From a virus (taxonomy: Duplodnaviria > Caudoviricetes), in IMG/VR virus record IMGVR_UViG_3300025099_000016, positions 8,098 through 72,097 of that record: 64,000 nt of DNA; one strand, 5' to 3'. The notes under the pieces were generated by a model, which saw only the letters and a program-made list of their open reading frames with translations, was not told where the DNA came from and did not search any database. A program made the position numbers and the translations under genes. Below, in pieces: positions 26,298 through 34,904 of this stretch. The stretch's first letter is position 1. Each line of letters starts with the position of its first letter.

Positions 26298-26312
26298 CAG
26301 GCTTATGTCACA
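26267..26312 (-). promoter_or_regulatory. TGTGACA..TGTCACA element, copy C (inverted; overlaps the start codon of 26305)
   Basis: Minus strand TGTGACATAAGCCTGTTATTC..GCTGTTGTCACA. Confidence 0.6.
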
Positions 26313-26925
26313 AACCACACGGAATTTAGATTACTTACATCGTCGTAGAATAGTATACCGACGTGACCCAATAGAACCACCTGATTATGAAAATAGTCAG
26401 TACATGTTCTTTGAAAACGGTACATACCAAGCTTACGATTTATTTAAAGGTAATGCTAAAATAAATACTTATAAAAGTCTTAAATGGCATTTACTAGTAT
26501 TGTGGTATTTAAACCCAAAGCTAAACCCAGATGAGTTTAATAACTTAGCAGAGTTTATCGTAGATAAAGATAATGGCTTTACTACATTTAATATATCTAG
26601 TACAGGTTTAGAAAGGATTATACATGATGTATACATGTCTGATCTTGATCGACCACCTACAAATAGATTACGTAAAGTTGTATTTAAAATGAGTAACGGG
26701 CTTGAGAAACATGAAAAGTTAAGCATCGTGGGTAAATTAATAGGTAGATCAAAACGGATCCATTCTGATGACATTTATCAATGCATGATAGATATGAACG
26801 ATATGGGAAAAAAGATCACGATACGACGTCTAGCAGGCTTATTAGACTGTTCAGCACGAACAATACATCGCAACATGTGTAATGAATTGAAACGTGAAAA
26901 AGAATTATTAAATAGAAAAATATGA
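26305..26925 (+). CDS. HTH DNA-binding protein (candidate origin-binding or regulatory protein)
   Basis: C-terminal ITIRRLAGLLDCSARTIHR helix-turn-helix. Confidence 0.65.
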   Translation: MSQTTRNLDYLHRRRIVYRRDPIEPPDYENSQYMFFENGTYQAYDLFKGNAKINTYKSLKWHLLVLWYLNPKLNPDEFNNLAEFIVDKDNGFTTFNISSTGLERIIHDVYMSDLDRPPTNRLRKVVFKMSNGLEKHEKLSIVGKLIGRSKRIHSDDIYQCMIDMNDMGKKITIRRLAGLLDCSARTIHRNMCNELKREKELLNRKI

Positions 26926-27677
26926 AAAAATATAATGTACAGAATTATATTAGGTATAAAGAAGATGTAAAAGAAAGTATATCTAGGATAGAAGGTAAGT
27001 TCTGGAATGAATATACTAGAGAGGAATTAATAATAAAATTCTTACCACTAGTAGAAAATCTAGCTAGGAAATTTTCAACTTCTCAACAAGCATCTGGTGT
27101 AATGACAATTAATGATCTAATACAAGAAGGTAGTGCAGGCTTGATAGCAGCGGTAGATAAGATAGTATGGCCAAATATTACTGAATCAGAAGATCCTGAG
27201 AAAACTATTAAGTCTTTTTTCTCTAAACGCATACGTGGAGCAATACGTAGACGTATAGACATTAATAGAGGTAACATGCGTATACCTGAACATAAGCTGA
27301 ATGAGATACGTAAAGATTTTGGTGAAGATAAAAAAGCTGTAGAGATGTTTTTTAATTCTGTATTTCTTAGTTTAGACACTCCATTTAATGAAGATGGTTC
27401 AACCTATGATGTTCCAGACGAGTCTAAAGAATACAACTTAGACCTACTTGGTGCGTACATTAAAAGTTTAATGAATCAGTACTTAAACCACAAAGAATTT
27501 CAAGTGTTAAGACTGTCATTCGGTCTTGATTGTAAAAAACACTCAGCGAAAGAAATAGCATCTATTCTAGGTATGAAAGGTAATAGTTCTTATGTACGTG
27601 TTTCACAGTTAAAAAAGCAAGCAATAGGAAAATTAATAGACAACGTTCCTTACTCGCAAGTAGTTGATTATCTGTAG
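26922..27677 (+). CDS. phage sigma70-family RNA polymerase sigma factor
   Basis: Region 2 LVENLARKF..DLIQEG..GLIAAVDK..RIRGAIRR; LSLD; region 4 HTH SAKEIASILG..VRVSQLKKQAIGKL. Confidence 0.88.
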   Translation: MKKYNVQNYIRYKEDVKESISRIEGKFWNEYTREELIIKFLPLVENLARKFSTSQQASGVMTINDLIQEGSAGLIAAVDKIVWPNITESEDPEKTIKSFFSKRIRGAIRRRIDINRGNMRIPEHKLNEIRKDFGEDKKAVEMFFNSVFLSLDTPFNEDGSTYDVPDESKEYNLDLLGAYIKSLMNQYLNHKEFQVLRLSFGLDCKKHSAKEIASILGMKGNSSYVRVSQLKKQAIGKLIDNVPYSQVVDYL

Positions 27678-27696
27678 TTTAAGCGTGAAATAAATG

Positions 27697-27725
27697 TTAA
27701 ATTTGTGTATCTATCTGTAATTATA
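27697..27725 (+). promoter_or_regulatory. class L promoter candidate right after the sigma gene
   Basis: TTAAAT-N17(ending TGTA)-ATTATA. Confidence 0.55.
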
Positions 27726-27750
27726 TAGGTACCGATAAACCAATATACCA

Positions 27751-28302
27751 ATGGCAGAATTAACGAAAACATTAGCGGTCATTCAGACTGAGCTAAAGGC
27801 AAAAAAGTCTTCTTATAACGCCTTCGGAAAATACTATTTCCGTAAAGCAGAAGATATTCTTGAAGCGGCAAAACCGTTTCTAACAAAGCACAATGTATAC
27901 GTCAAGGTTGATGAATCAATCATTAGCGTTGACCCTGTACCAATGATGCAATCCACCGCCACTATTTCTAACGGCAAAGAATCCATCACAGCAACAGCGA
28001 TTGTAGGTGTAGACCTTAATCAAAAAGGTATGCAGACCTCACAACAGTTCGGTGCAGCTTCTACTTATGGTAAGAAGTACGCGCTAGGTAATCTATTTCT
28101 TATTGATGACACTGAAGATGCAGACGCTACCAACAATCATGGTAAGACTACAGCTCCTGAGGTTACTAAGAAAAAGATAACTGCTGCTCAAATGAAAAAA
28201 GCCAAAGACTTTGTTAGTGGTGGTGGGGACATCAAGGCTATATTAGCTAAGTATACAATGTCACCAGCAGAATTAACTGAACTAAAGAAACTAGTTAAAT
28301 AG
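27751..28302 (+). CDS. ERF-family ssDNA annealing protein
   Basis: LKAKK..NAFGKYYFRKAEDILEA; QQFGAASTYGKKYAL..DADA. Confidence 0.8.
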   Translation: MAELTKTLAVIQTELKAKKSSYNAFGKYYFRKAEDILEAAKPFLTKHNVYVKVDESIISVDPVPMMQSTATISNGKESITATAIVGVDLNQKGMQTSQQFGAASTYGKKYALGNLFLIDDTEDADATNNHGKTTAPEVTKKKITAAQMKKAKDFVSGGGDIKAILAKYTMSPAELTELKKLVK

Positions 28303-28303
28303 T

Positions 28304-29035
28304 ATGAAGGAAATACTCGAGAAATTAAGAGTAGATGAACATTATTACGGTGAATACGGTAACCAGTTCTTAAGTAACTCTAATATTAGTACATTACTTA
28401 AGGACCCAGCTAAGCTACGCGATAAGAGGGCTCAAACCCCAGCGTTTTTAGTTGGAGGTTACTTTCACACCGCAATACTTGAGCCTGAAAAGCTTAAATC
28501 TTTTAGAATAGTTGAAGCATCAACTAGGAATACGAAGGTATATAAAGAATTGTCTGGAGGTGAAATGTGTTTGTTACAAAGTGAAGTTGATAAGATCGAA
28601 CTCATGACTCAAGCAATGATGGATAATGATGTATGTAGAGACCTTATAAAACCTGTATTAGCAGAAGTAGAATATGAAGAGCCACGTGTTGGCGAACTAT
28701 TCGGTAATATGTGGAAGGGTAAAGCAGATGTTATTAACCATGGGGAAGAGCTTGTGATAGATCTTAAAACTACCTCTGATATAGATAAGTTTAGGTGGTC
28801 AGCATCTAAATACAACTACGATAGTCAAGCATATATTTATAGTAAGTTATTCGGTTACGAGATGATATTTATAGTCATTGACAAGAATACTAACAGGATA
28901 GGTATATATGATTGCTCGCCAGAGTTTTATAAACGAGGTGAGGAGAAAGTTAGGCAGGCTAGTGCTGCATATGATTTGTTCTACAAATCTGAAGACTATG
29001 ACTTTAAACAGTATCTACATAATGAAACACTTTAA
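28304..29035 (+). CDS. PD-(D/E)XK exonuclease (DUF3799/RecE-like)
   Basis: FLSNS..; KGKAD..VIDLKTT; YDSQAYIY. Confidence 0.8.
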   Translation: MKEILEKLRVDEHYYGEYGNQFLSNSNISTLLKDPAKLRDKRAQTPAFLVGGYFHTAILEPEKLKSFRIVEASTRNTKVYKELSGGEMCLLQSEVDKIELMTQAMMDNDVCRDLIKPVLAEVEYEEPRVGELFGNMWKGKADVINHGEELVIDLKTTSDIDKFRWSASKYNYDSQAYIYSKLFGYEMIFIVIDKNTNRIGIYDCSPEFYKRGEEKVRQASAAYDLFYKSEDYDFKQYLHNETL

Positions 29036-29068
29036 TACAAACTAAATACGACTACTAACGGATAATAT
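29036..29068 (+). promoter_or_regulatory. class E promoter 12
   Basis: TACAAACTAAATACGA-N8-GGATAATAT. Confidence 0.8.
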
Positions 29069-29109
29069 CAATGATTAAATCAATAATTAATTACTTAAAA
29101 CCAAAAACC

Positions 29110-29301
29110 ATGGCAAGAAGAAAAATGAAAATGTGTACAATTTCTGGAAGAAAATTTACAGCAAACACTAAAAACTTTTATGTAAATCATAACACTTCTG
29201 ATGGGTTACATCCATATCATAAAAGCTTCGATAATTTCCGTCGGACTACTGGAGCTACAGTATCGCAAGTTCGACAATTAGTTAACTTAATAAACGGATA
29301 A
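29110..29301 (+). CDS. small basic protein (degenerate zinc-ribbon-like)
   Basis: MARRKMKMCTISG..F..DGLHPYHKSFD; start moved to 29110. Confidence 0.55.
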   Translation: MARRKMKMCTISGRKFTANTKNFYVNHNTSDGLHPYHKSFDNFRRTTGATVSQVRQLVNLING

Positions 29302-29303
29302 GT

Positions 29304-29615
29304 ATGGCAAGTATTATTAAAACAAGTATCAACTTAAACGAGATACCAAAAGACAAAATCTTTAAAGGTAAGAAAGGGCAGTATCTGCCAATAACAATTA
29401 CCCTTAACGATGAGGTTGATCAATTCGGTAATCAAGGACCAGTGTGTGTTGAACAGTCTAAAGAAGAACGCGATGCAAAAACGCCTAAAGTTTATTTAGG
29501 TAATTGCCGTGTAGTATGGACTAACGGCGATAACGTCGACACAGCACCACGTGATAATGCACCTCAGCAAGCTACCCCACAGCCTGCTACAATGGATGAT
29601 GACTTACCATTTTAA
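29304..29615 (+). CDS. ssb: single-stranded DNA-binding protein
   Basis: OB-like strands and an acidic C-terminal DDDLPF tail. Confidence 0.8.
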   Translation: MASIIKTSINLNEIPKDKIFKGKKGQYLPITITLNDEVDQFGNQGPVCVEQSKEERDAKTPKVYLGNCRVVWTNGDNVDTAPRDNAPQQATPQPATMDDDLPF

Positions 29616-29621
29616 TAAGAC

Positions 29622-31334
29622 TTGATGGAGACAGTAGAGATCAATGGATTTTTGATTGACGAGTTCAATCAACATAGCTTGGAAGAAGGAAAAACGCAGG
29701 GGACTTGTCCCCTGTGTTCGTCTTCTAGGAAACCTGAGAATAGGAAAGCTAAATGTGCTTCTTATGATTGGGAACGTGGTCTCGGTACCTGTCATAACTG
29801 CGACACTAGTTTTCAGTTACATACATACAAACGTAAAGGTGAATCAACACGTGAATATGTGAAACCAGAAACGGAGGGCTACGTTGTATCAGAAAAGATT
29901 ACAAAGTGGTTCGATGAACGAGGTATATCTGAGCAAACCCTTATCGATCTTAAAGTTCGTGAAGGTAAAGAGTTCATGCCTCAAACTGGTAAACTTGAAA
30001 ATGCTATACAGTTTAATTATTATATGGGTATGGATCTCATTAATATTAAGTATAGAGACGGTCGTAAGAATTTTAAGTTATACAAAGGTGCAGAGAAGAT
30101 ATTCTACAATATCAACAGTGTTGTAGGATATGACTGGTGTGTTATCGTTGAGGGTGAGATGGATGTATTAGCATTCCATGAAGCTGGTGTTAAAAATGTA
30201 ATATCAGTACCAAACGGTGCAACACTTAACAGTAACAATTTAGATTATCTAGATAACTGTATTGATTACTTAGATGGTAAAGAGAAAATTATATTAGCAG
30301 TTGACGCAGATGAGCCTGGTCAAGCATTAAAACACGAGTTTATTCGTAGGCTCGGTGCTGAAGTTTGCTACCTAGTAGACTTTGGTAATGTTAAAGATGC
30401 TAATGATTTCCTACTACATTATGGTCCAGAAGAACTAAGAAACGTTATTACATATGCGTCTCAAGTTCCTCTTGAAGGTGTATCTACATTACGTGATGTT
30501 GAAGGTGAGTTGTTAGACTTTGTTCATAATGGTTTTAAACCTGGCTTTCAAGTTGGTTTAGAAAACTTTGATAAAATATTCTCTACGTATACTTCCCAGT
30601 TTATAACTGTAACGGGTATACCATCATCTGGTAAGTCGGACTTTGTAGATCAGATGTGTATAGGTTATAATAAAAACTACGGTTGGAAAACAGCTTATGC
30701 GTCTCCTGAGAATAAACCTAACTATTTACATGCGCATAAATTAATGCGTAAGACTTGGGAAGGTATGCCTACGAAAGCTGATGTCGGTACTAGTAAATGG
30801 AATCAGGTTACTGATCATGTTAACGACAACTATTTCTTTATAGATATGGATAGGTACACACTAGATGAAGTTTTAACTAAAGGCGGTGAACTAGTTAAAC
30901 GTAAAGGTATTAAATGCCTTGTTATCGATCCATATAATAAAGTTAGAGATACAAACTGTAAAACAGAAGATGTTAACAGGTACACTATGGAGTATTTAAC
31001 TAAGATAGAAGTATTTGCTAAGAAGTTTGATGTATTAGTTATTGTAGTAGCTCATCCTACTAAGATGTACAAAGACAAGGACGGTAAGATTGAAGAACCT
31101 ACTATGTACAATATCAAAGGTGGTGGTGAATGGTACGATGCTAGTTATCATGGACTACTTATTCATAGAGACTATGAAGCTAAGACTGTAAAAGCAAAAG
31201 TGCTAAAGGTTAAGTTTCAGAATCTAGGTGAGAATGGTGCTGAAGCACATTTCAACTGGGAACCTAAGTCTGGAAGTTACATACCTTTAGCTACTGATAC
31301 TATGCAAGACGAGCCAATGCCCTGGGAGAAATAA
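29622..31334 (+). CDS. primase-helicase (T7 gp4/Twinkle-like)
   Basis: CPLC..CHNC zinc domain, Toprim EGEMD..DAD, helicase GIPSSGKS, IDPYN, VAHP. Confidence 0.92.
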   Translation: MMETVEINGFLIDEFNQHSLEEGKTQGTCPLCSSSRKPENRKAKCASYDWERGLGTCHNCDTSFQLHTYKRKGESTREYVKPETEGYVVSEKITKWFDERGISEQTLIDLKVREGKEFMPQTGKLENAIQFNYYMGMDLINIKYRDGRKNFKLYKGAEKIFYNINSVVGYDWCVIVEGEMDVLAFHEAGVKNVISVPNGATLNSNNLDYLDNCIDYLDGKEKIILAVDADEPGQALKHEFIRRLGAEVCYLVDFGNVKDANDFLLHYGPEELRNVITYASQVPLEGVSTLRDVEGELLDFVHNGFKPGFQVGLENFDKIFSTYTSQFITVTGIPSSGKSDFVDQMCIGYNKNYGWKTAYASPENKPNYLHAHKLMRKTWEGMPTKADVGTSKWNQVTDHVNDNYFFIDMDRYTLDEVLTKGGELVKRKGIKCLVIDPYNKVRDTNCKTEDVNRYTMEYLTKIEVFAKKFDVLVIVVAHPTKMYKDKDGKIEEPTMYNIKGGGEWYDASYHGLLIHRDYEAKTVKAKVLKVKFQNLGENGAEAHFNWEPKSGSYIPLATDTMQDEPMPWEK

Positions 31335-31600
31335 TGTTTAAGAAGAAGAAAGCACCCTCCCGAAAAGCACCATTTTTACACCCATCTAAAGAGCAGTATA
31401 CTGCTTGGGCTTGGTGTGTAAATAATAATATAAGTATATGTGTATTACCCGACTGGAGTAATTCTGGTAAGTGGTTAGTTGAAATAACCATGAACGAAAA
31501 GGTTACGGTAGATCCTAATACTTATAACGGTGTAGAGGCTTTAACTAAGATGTACGAATACTGTAAATACTATAAAGACAAATATGAAAATACACTTTGA
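31334..31600 (+). CDS. hypothetical protein
   Basis: 88 aa, coupled to the nucleotide-modification cluster. Confidence 0.6.
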   Translation: MFKKKKAPSRKAPFLHPSKEQYTAWAWCVNNNISICVLPDWSNSGKWLVEITMNEKVTVDPNTYNGVEALTKMYEYCKYYKDKYENTL

Positions 31601-32225
31601 AAATGCAAATGAAGCTTACGAATACTACCATGATCGTATATTACAACATGGCATATCATTTGGTGATACAAAAGCCCTATTCAATATAGGGTTTTATTTA
31701 ACGAACCCATCCCTAAGGCAGATAACAAACCCTGAGCGTAAATGGAGTTTTGATTACGCTGAAGCTGAATGGCAATGGTATTTATCTGGCGACCCCAATA
31801 TAAGCAAGTTAGGTGAGATATATGGTAAAGTACCAGCTATATGGGAACGTATGGCAGATCAAAATGGTTATGTTAACTCTAACTATGGTCATCAGTGGAT
31901 GCGTCATGCACAGCTTGGTAATGTTATTAATATTCTTAGAGACAAGATGGAAACAAGACAAGCTGCTATAAGTATATACGATGGTAAAGAGATACATAAA
32001 TACGAGAATGACACACCATGTACATATGCAATACAGTTCACTATAATTGGTGGTAAGCTATGTATGTCAGTATATATGCGATCTAACGATTTGTGGTATG
32101 GCTTTTGTAATGATCAATACCAGTTTTCGCAACTACAAGAGTTGGTTGCATCAATGCTAGGTATTGAGATAGGTTGGTACTATCACCATGCGCACAACTT
32201 ACATTTATATAACGATAAGATATGA
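31584..32225 (+). CDS. thymidylate-synthase-fold enzyme, most like T4 gp42 dCMP hydroxymethylase
   Basis: EWQWYLS..P.IW..NSNYG, catalytic PCT, MRSNDLWYGFCND (Asp at the base-specificity position), HNLHLY. Confidence 0.75.
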   Translation: MKIHFENANEAYEYYHDRILQHGISFGDTKALFNIGFYLTNPSLRQITNPERKWSFDYAEAEWQWYLSGDPNISKLGEIYGKVPAIWERMADQNGYVNSNYGHQWMRHAQLGNVINILRDKMETRQAAISIYDGKEIHKYENDTPCTYAIQFTIIGGKLCMSVYMRSNDLWYGFCNDQYQFSQLQELVASMLGIEIGWYYHHAHNLHLYNDKI

Positions 32226-33010
32226 AATATAAATTATACCACATACCCGGTAAGAAGATCGGTGTAACTCTCGACCCTAAACATAGGGTGGAGACTCAGC
32301 AGGGTTACGGTCCTGGTGAGTATGAAATACTAGAAGAATCTAACGATATAGATTATATATCGCATCGTGAGATTGAACTACAGAGAAGTCACGGTTATCG
32401 TGTAGACGAAACCCTTTATAAACAATTAAACCCTAATAAAGATCATATGAGAATAAATATAACAGAGCAGACTACAACATTTCCAGTACCTTTAAACAAG
32501 TTAAAAGGTCGACTTATGGATAATATAGGTATGGTTATACAAACTGGCTTTAATCGCCATGAGTTAGACACTGATTTAGTAGACTGGATAATGAAACACG
32601 CTGTTACATCTCAGTTTAACGAAGATCGTTGCTATGTATATAACAAAGCAATGTCCAACTTTAGATCAGCTACATTAGATAATACACACCATAATGGTGC
32701 TACATATATAGCGGCTGATATGTTTACTAAGATTAGACGTTGGGCATACGAACGTGGTATATACGATCATGGTGATTCTAAAACGCAGTATGTTAAGTTA
32801 ATGGAAGAAGCTGGTGAATTAGCTGAAGCATTACTTAAGAACGATAAACCAGAGATTATAGATGCAATTGGTGATATGGTTGTTGTATTAACTAATCTAG
32901 CTAAATTAGAAAAGTTAGATATAGAAGATTGTATAGAGAACGCTTATGAAACTATATCAAAGAGAACAGGTAAAATGATGAATGGAACTTTTGTAAAAAA
33001 CACATTATAA
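32222..33010 (+). CDS. fusion: GIY-YIG-like N-terminus plus C-terminal MazG-like NTP pyrophosphohydrolase
   Basis: LYHIPGKKIGVT..R..REIE; KLMEEAGELAEA..DAIGDMVVVL. Confidence 0.7.
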   Translation: MKYKLYHIPGKKIGVTLDPKHRVETQQGYGPGEYEILEESNDIDYISHREIELQRSHGYRVDETLYKQLNPNKDHMRINITEQTTTFPVPLNKLKGRLMDNIGMVIQTGFNRHELDTDLVDWIMKHAVTSQFNEDRCYVYNKAMSNFRSATLDNTHHNGATYIAADMFTKIRRWAYERGIYDHGDSKTQYVKLMEEAGELAEALLKNDKPEIIDAIGDMVVVLTNLAKLEKLDIEDCIENAYETISKRTGKMMNGTFVKNTL

Positions 33011-33352
33011 ATGAGCAGTAGAGAAATTATGGATTCTAAAAACGGGGTATCAACTAGAAGTATGCAGTTTAGAGACCCTATAGTAGAGAATGTTTGCGAT
33101 AAATTCTTACGTCGATCAGACATGGGTTATGAAAAGTATGGTCGTACATTACACAACGAACGTACCGGTAAACATAAAGACTTACTAGGTTATCTAAATG
33201 ATATACAAGAAGAACTAATGGACGCGATACTTTATATTCAAACGGCTCGTGAAGAGATGATGGAGCAAATGCAAAATCAACGTATGAATGTGATAGGGCA
33301 GAATGGAAATGACGGAGAGCATTATGAAAACACGCCGGACTCGGACTACTAA
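33011..33352 (+). CDS. all-alpha NTP pyrophosphohydrolase-like protein
   Basis: RSDMGYEKYG..YLNDIQEELMDAILY (ExxD acidic helix). Confidence 0.5.
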   Translation: MSSREIMDSKNGVSTRSMQFRDPIVENVCDKFLRRSDMGYEKYGRTLHNERTGKHKDLLGYLNDIQEELMDAILYIQTAREEMMEQMQNQRMNVIGQNGNDGEHYENTPDSDY

Positions 33353-33785
33353 AAATAGAGGCCCGGTAAGATCAAAGAAGGTGACCTATGATGGGATCAC
33401 CTTCGCCTCCGGGCTTGAAAAGTATATGTATAAAGCTCTTAAAGAAGCTAAAGTTAAAGCCAAGTACGAAGGAGAGACTTTTGTTTTACTAGATGGTTTT
33501 TATTTTGAAAACGAAGTATACGAAAGACAATCCAATGGAAAGGGTGAATTAGTTAACAGAGGTTGTAAACGTATACTACCTATTAAATACACTCCTGATT
33601 TTATTGGTACAGATTTCATAATAGAAACAAAAGGTAGGGCAAACGAAAGTTTCCCTATGCGGTGGAAATTATTCAAGAGATTAGTTATGAATCAATTTCC
33701 TAATGTAACCTTATACAAGCCACAAAATCAGAAAGAGTGTGATAAAGTAATTGAAATAATTTTAGAAAAAAGAAAAAGCAAATGA
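33324..33785 (+). CDS. Holliday junction resolvase (T7 endonuclease I-like)
   Basis: FASGLE..YTPDF..IIETKG. Confidence 0.8.
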   Translation: MKTRRTRTTKNRGPVRSKKVTYDGITFASGLEKYMYKALKEAKVKAKYEGETFVLLDGFYFENEVYERQSNGKGELVNRGCKRILPIKYTPDFIGTDFIIETKGRANESFPMRWKLFKRLVMNQFPNVTLYKPQNQKECDKVIEIILEKRKSK

Positions 33786-33934
33786 TAACAGGTTGGGAAA
33801 TAAGTTTAGGATTATATCCAGGTGTACTACTTGGGTTTAGATCGTACATAGAAAAAAGTATAGAGAATCACGTTTTATATATACCGTTTATAGATATATG
33901 TTTAACTATAGAACGTGAATTTGATGAAGAGTAA
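33782..33934 (+). CDS. small hypothetical protein (50 aa)
   Basis: Translated by hand (MITGWEISLGLYPGVLLGFRSY..); coupled on both sides. Confidence 0.55.
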   Translation: MITGWEISLGLYPGVLLGFRSYIEKSIENHVLYIPFIDICLTIEREFDEE

Positions 33935-34904
33935 TATATTTGAGAAAAGGGTTAACATACTACCGTATCAATACCCACAGCTACTAGACTATAAGGATGC
34001 CATTCGGCATTCTTATTGGATAGATACTGAGTTTAATTTTACCGATGATATACAAGACTTCAAGGTAAACATTAGTGATAAAGAGAGAGATATAATCAAG
34101 AAGACTATGTTATCGATAGCTCAAATAGAGGTAAGTGTTAAAACTTTCTGGGCTGATATGTACAAGCGAATGCCTATAACTGAAATTGGTGATGTAGGTA
34201 TGACGTTTGCTGAGTCTGAGGTAAGACATAAAGATGCATATGCTAGACTGCTACGTATTCTTGGTCTTGAGAAAGAGTTTGAAACTGTAGTGGGAGTACC
34301 AGCAATTGATAAACGAATAAAGTATCTGACTAAATACTTGGATGGCACACGATCTAAAGATAATAAGATGTATACTAAATCAGTATTATTATTTTCATTA
34401 TTTATAGAGCACGTTAGTCTGTTTAGTCAATTCCTAATAATGATGTCTTTCAACAAGAACAATAACGTACTCAAAGGCATATCCAATGTCGTTGAAGCAA
34501 CATCTAAAGAGGAAGAGATACACGGTAATTTCGGAGTTGAGATTATCAACATCATCAAGAAAGAAAACCCTGAGTGGTTCGATGATGAGTTTCAAGAGTT
34601 AATTAATTCAGCGTGCTTAAAGGCTTATAAAGCTGAGTGTGGAGTTTTAGACTGGATATTCGAAACTGGTGAATTAGACTTCTTAACTAAAGAAACGATA
34701 CAAGAATTCATCAAGAACAGATTTAATAATTCACTAAACAAAATAGGGTATGAGTCTATATTCGAAATCGAGGAAGGGCTCCTCGCTAGTACCAAATGGT
34801 TTGATGTTGAAATTACAGCTACAAAAGAAGGTGATTTCTTCTATAAAAAATCAATTGATTACAATAAGAAAAGTAAAAGTATAACTGTAGATGATTTGTT
34901 TTAA
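33924..34904 (+). CDS. nrdB: ribonucleotide reductase class I beta subunit
   Basis: QIE..ESEVRH..AY, IEHVSLF, EEIH di-metal motifs. Confidence 0.92.
   Translation: MKSNIFEKRVNILPYQYPQLLDYKDAIRHSYWIDTEFNFTDDIQDFKVNISDKERDIIKKTMLSIAQIEVSVKTFWADMYKRMPITEIGDVGMTFAESEVRHKDAYARLLRILGLEKEFETVVGVPAIDKRIKYLTKYLDGTRSKDNKMYTKSVLLFSLFIEHVSLFSQFLIMMSFNKNNNVLKGISNVVEATSKEEEIHGNFGVEIINIIKKENPEWFDDEFQELINSACLKAYKAECGVLDWIFETGELDFLTKETIQEFIKNRFNNSLNKIGYESIFEIEEGLLASTKWFDVEITATKEGDFFYKKSIDYNKKSKSITVDDLF

Noticed and set aside
15236-29068. Class E repeats as a CRISPR array or as reverse-strand host -7 promoters
   Set aside because: Spacing is irregular (0.3-4.5 kb), with genes between copies and no cas genes. 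The reverse complement gives TAnnTTTG in only 3 of 12 copies, and the orientation fits the plus-strand genes.
31584-32225. Canonical thyA
   Set aside because: It lacks the PFN (Asn) specificity motif and has RSND..G..ND and NSNYG as in T4 gp42, so the symbol was withheld.
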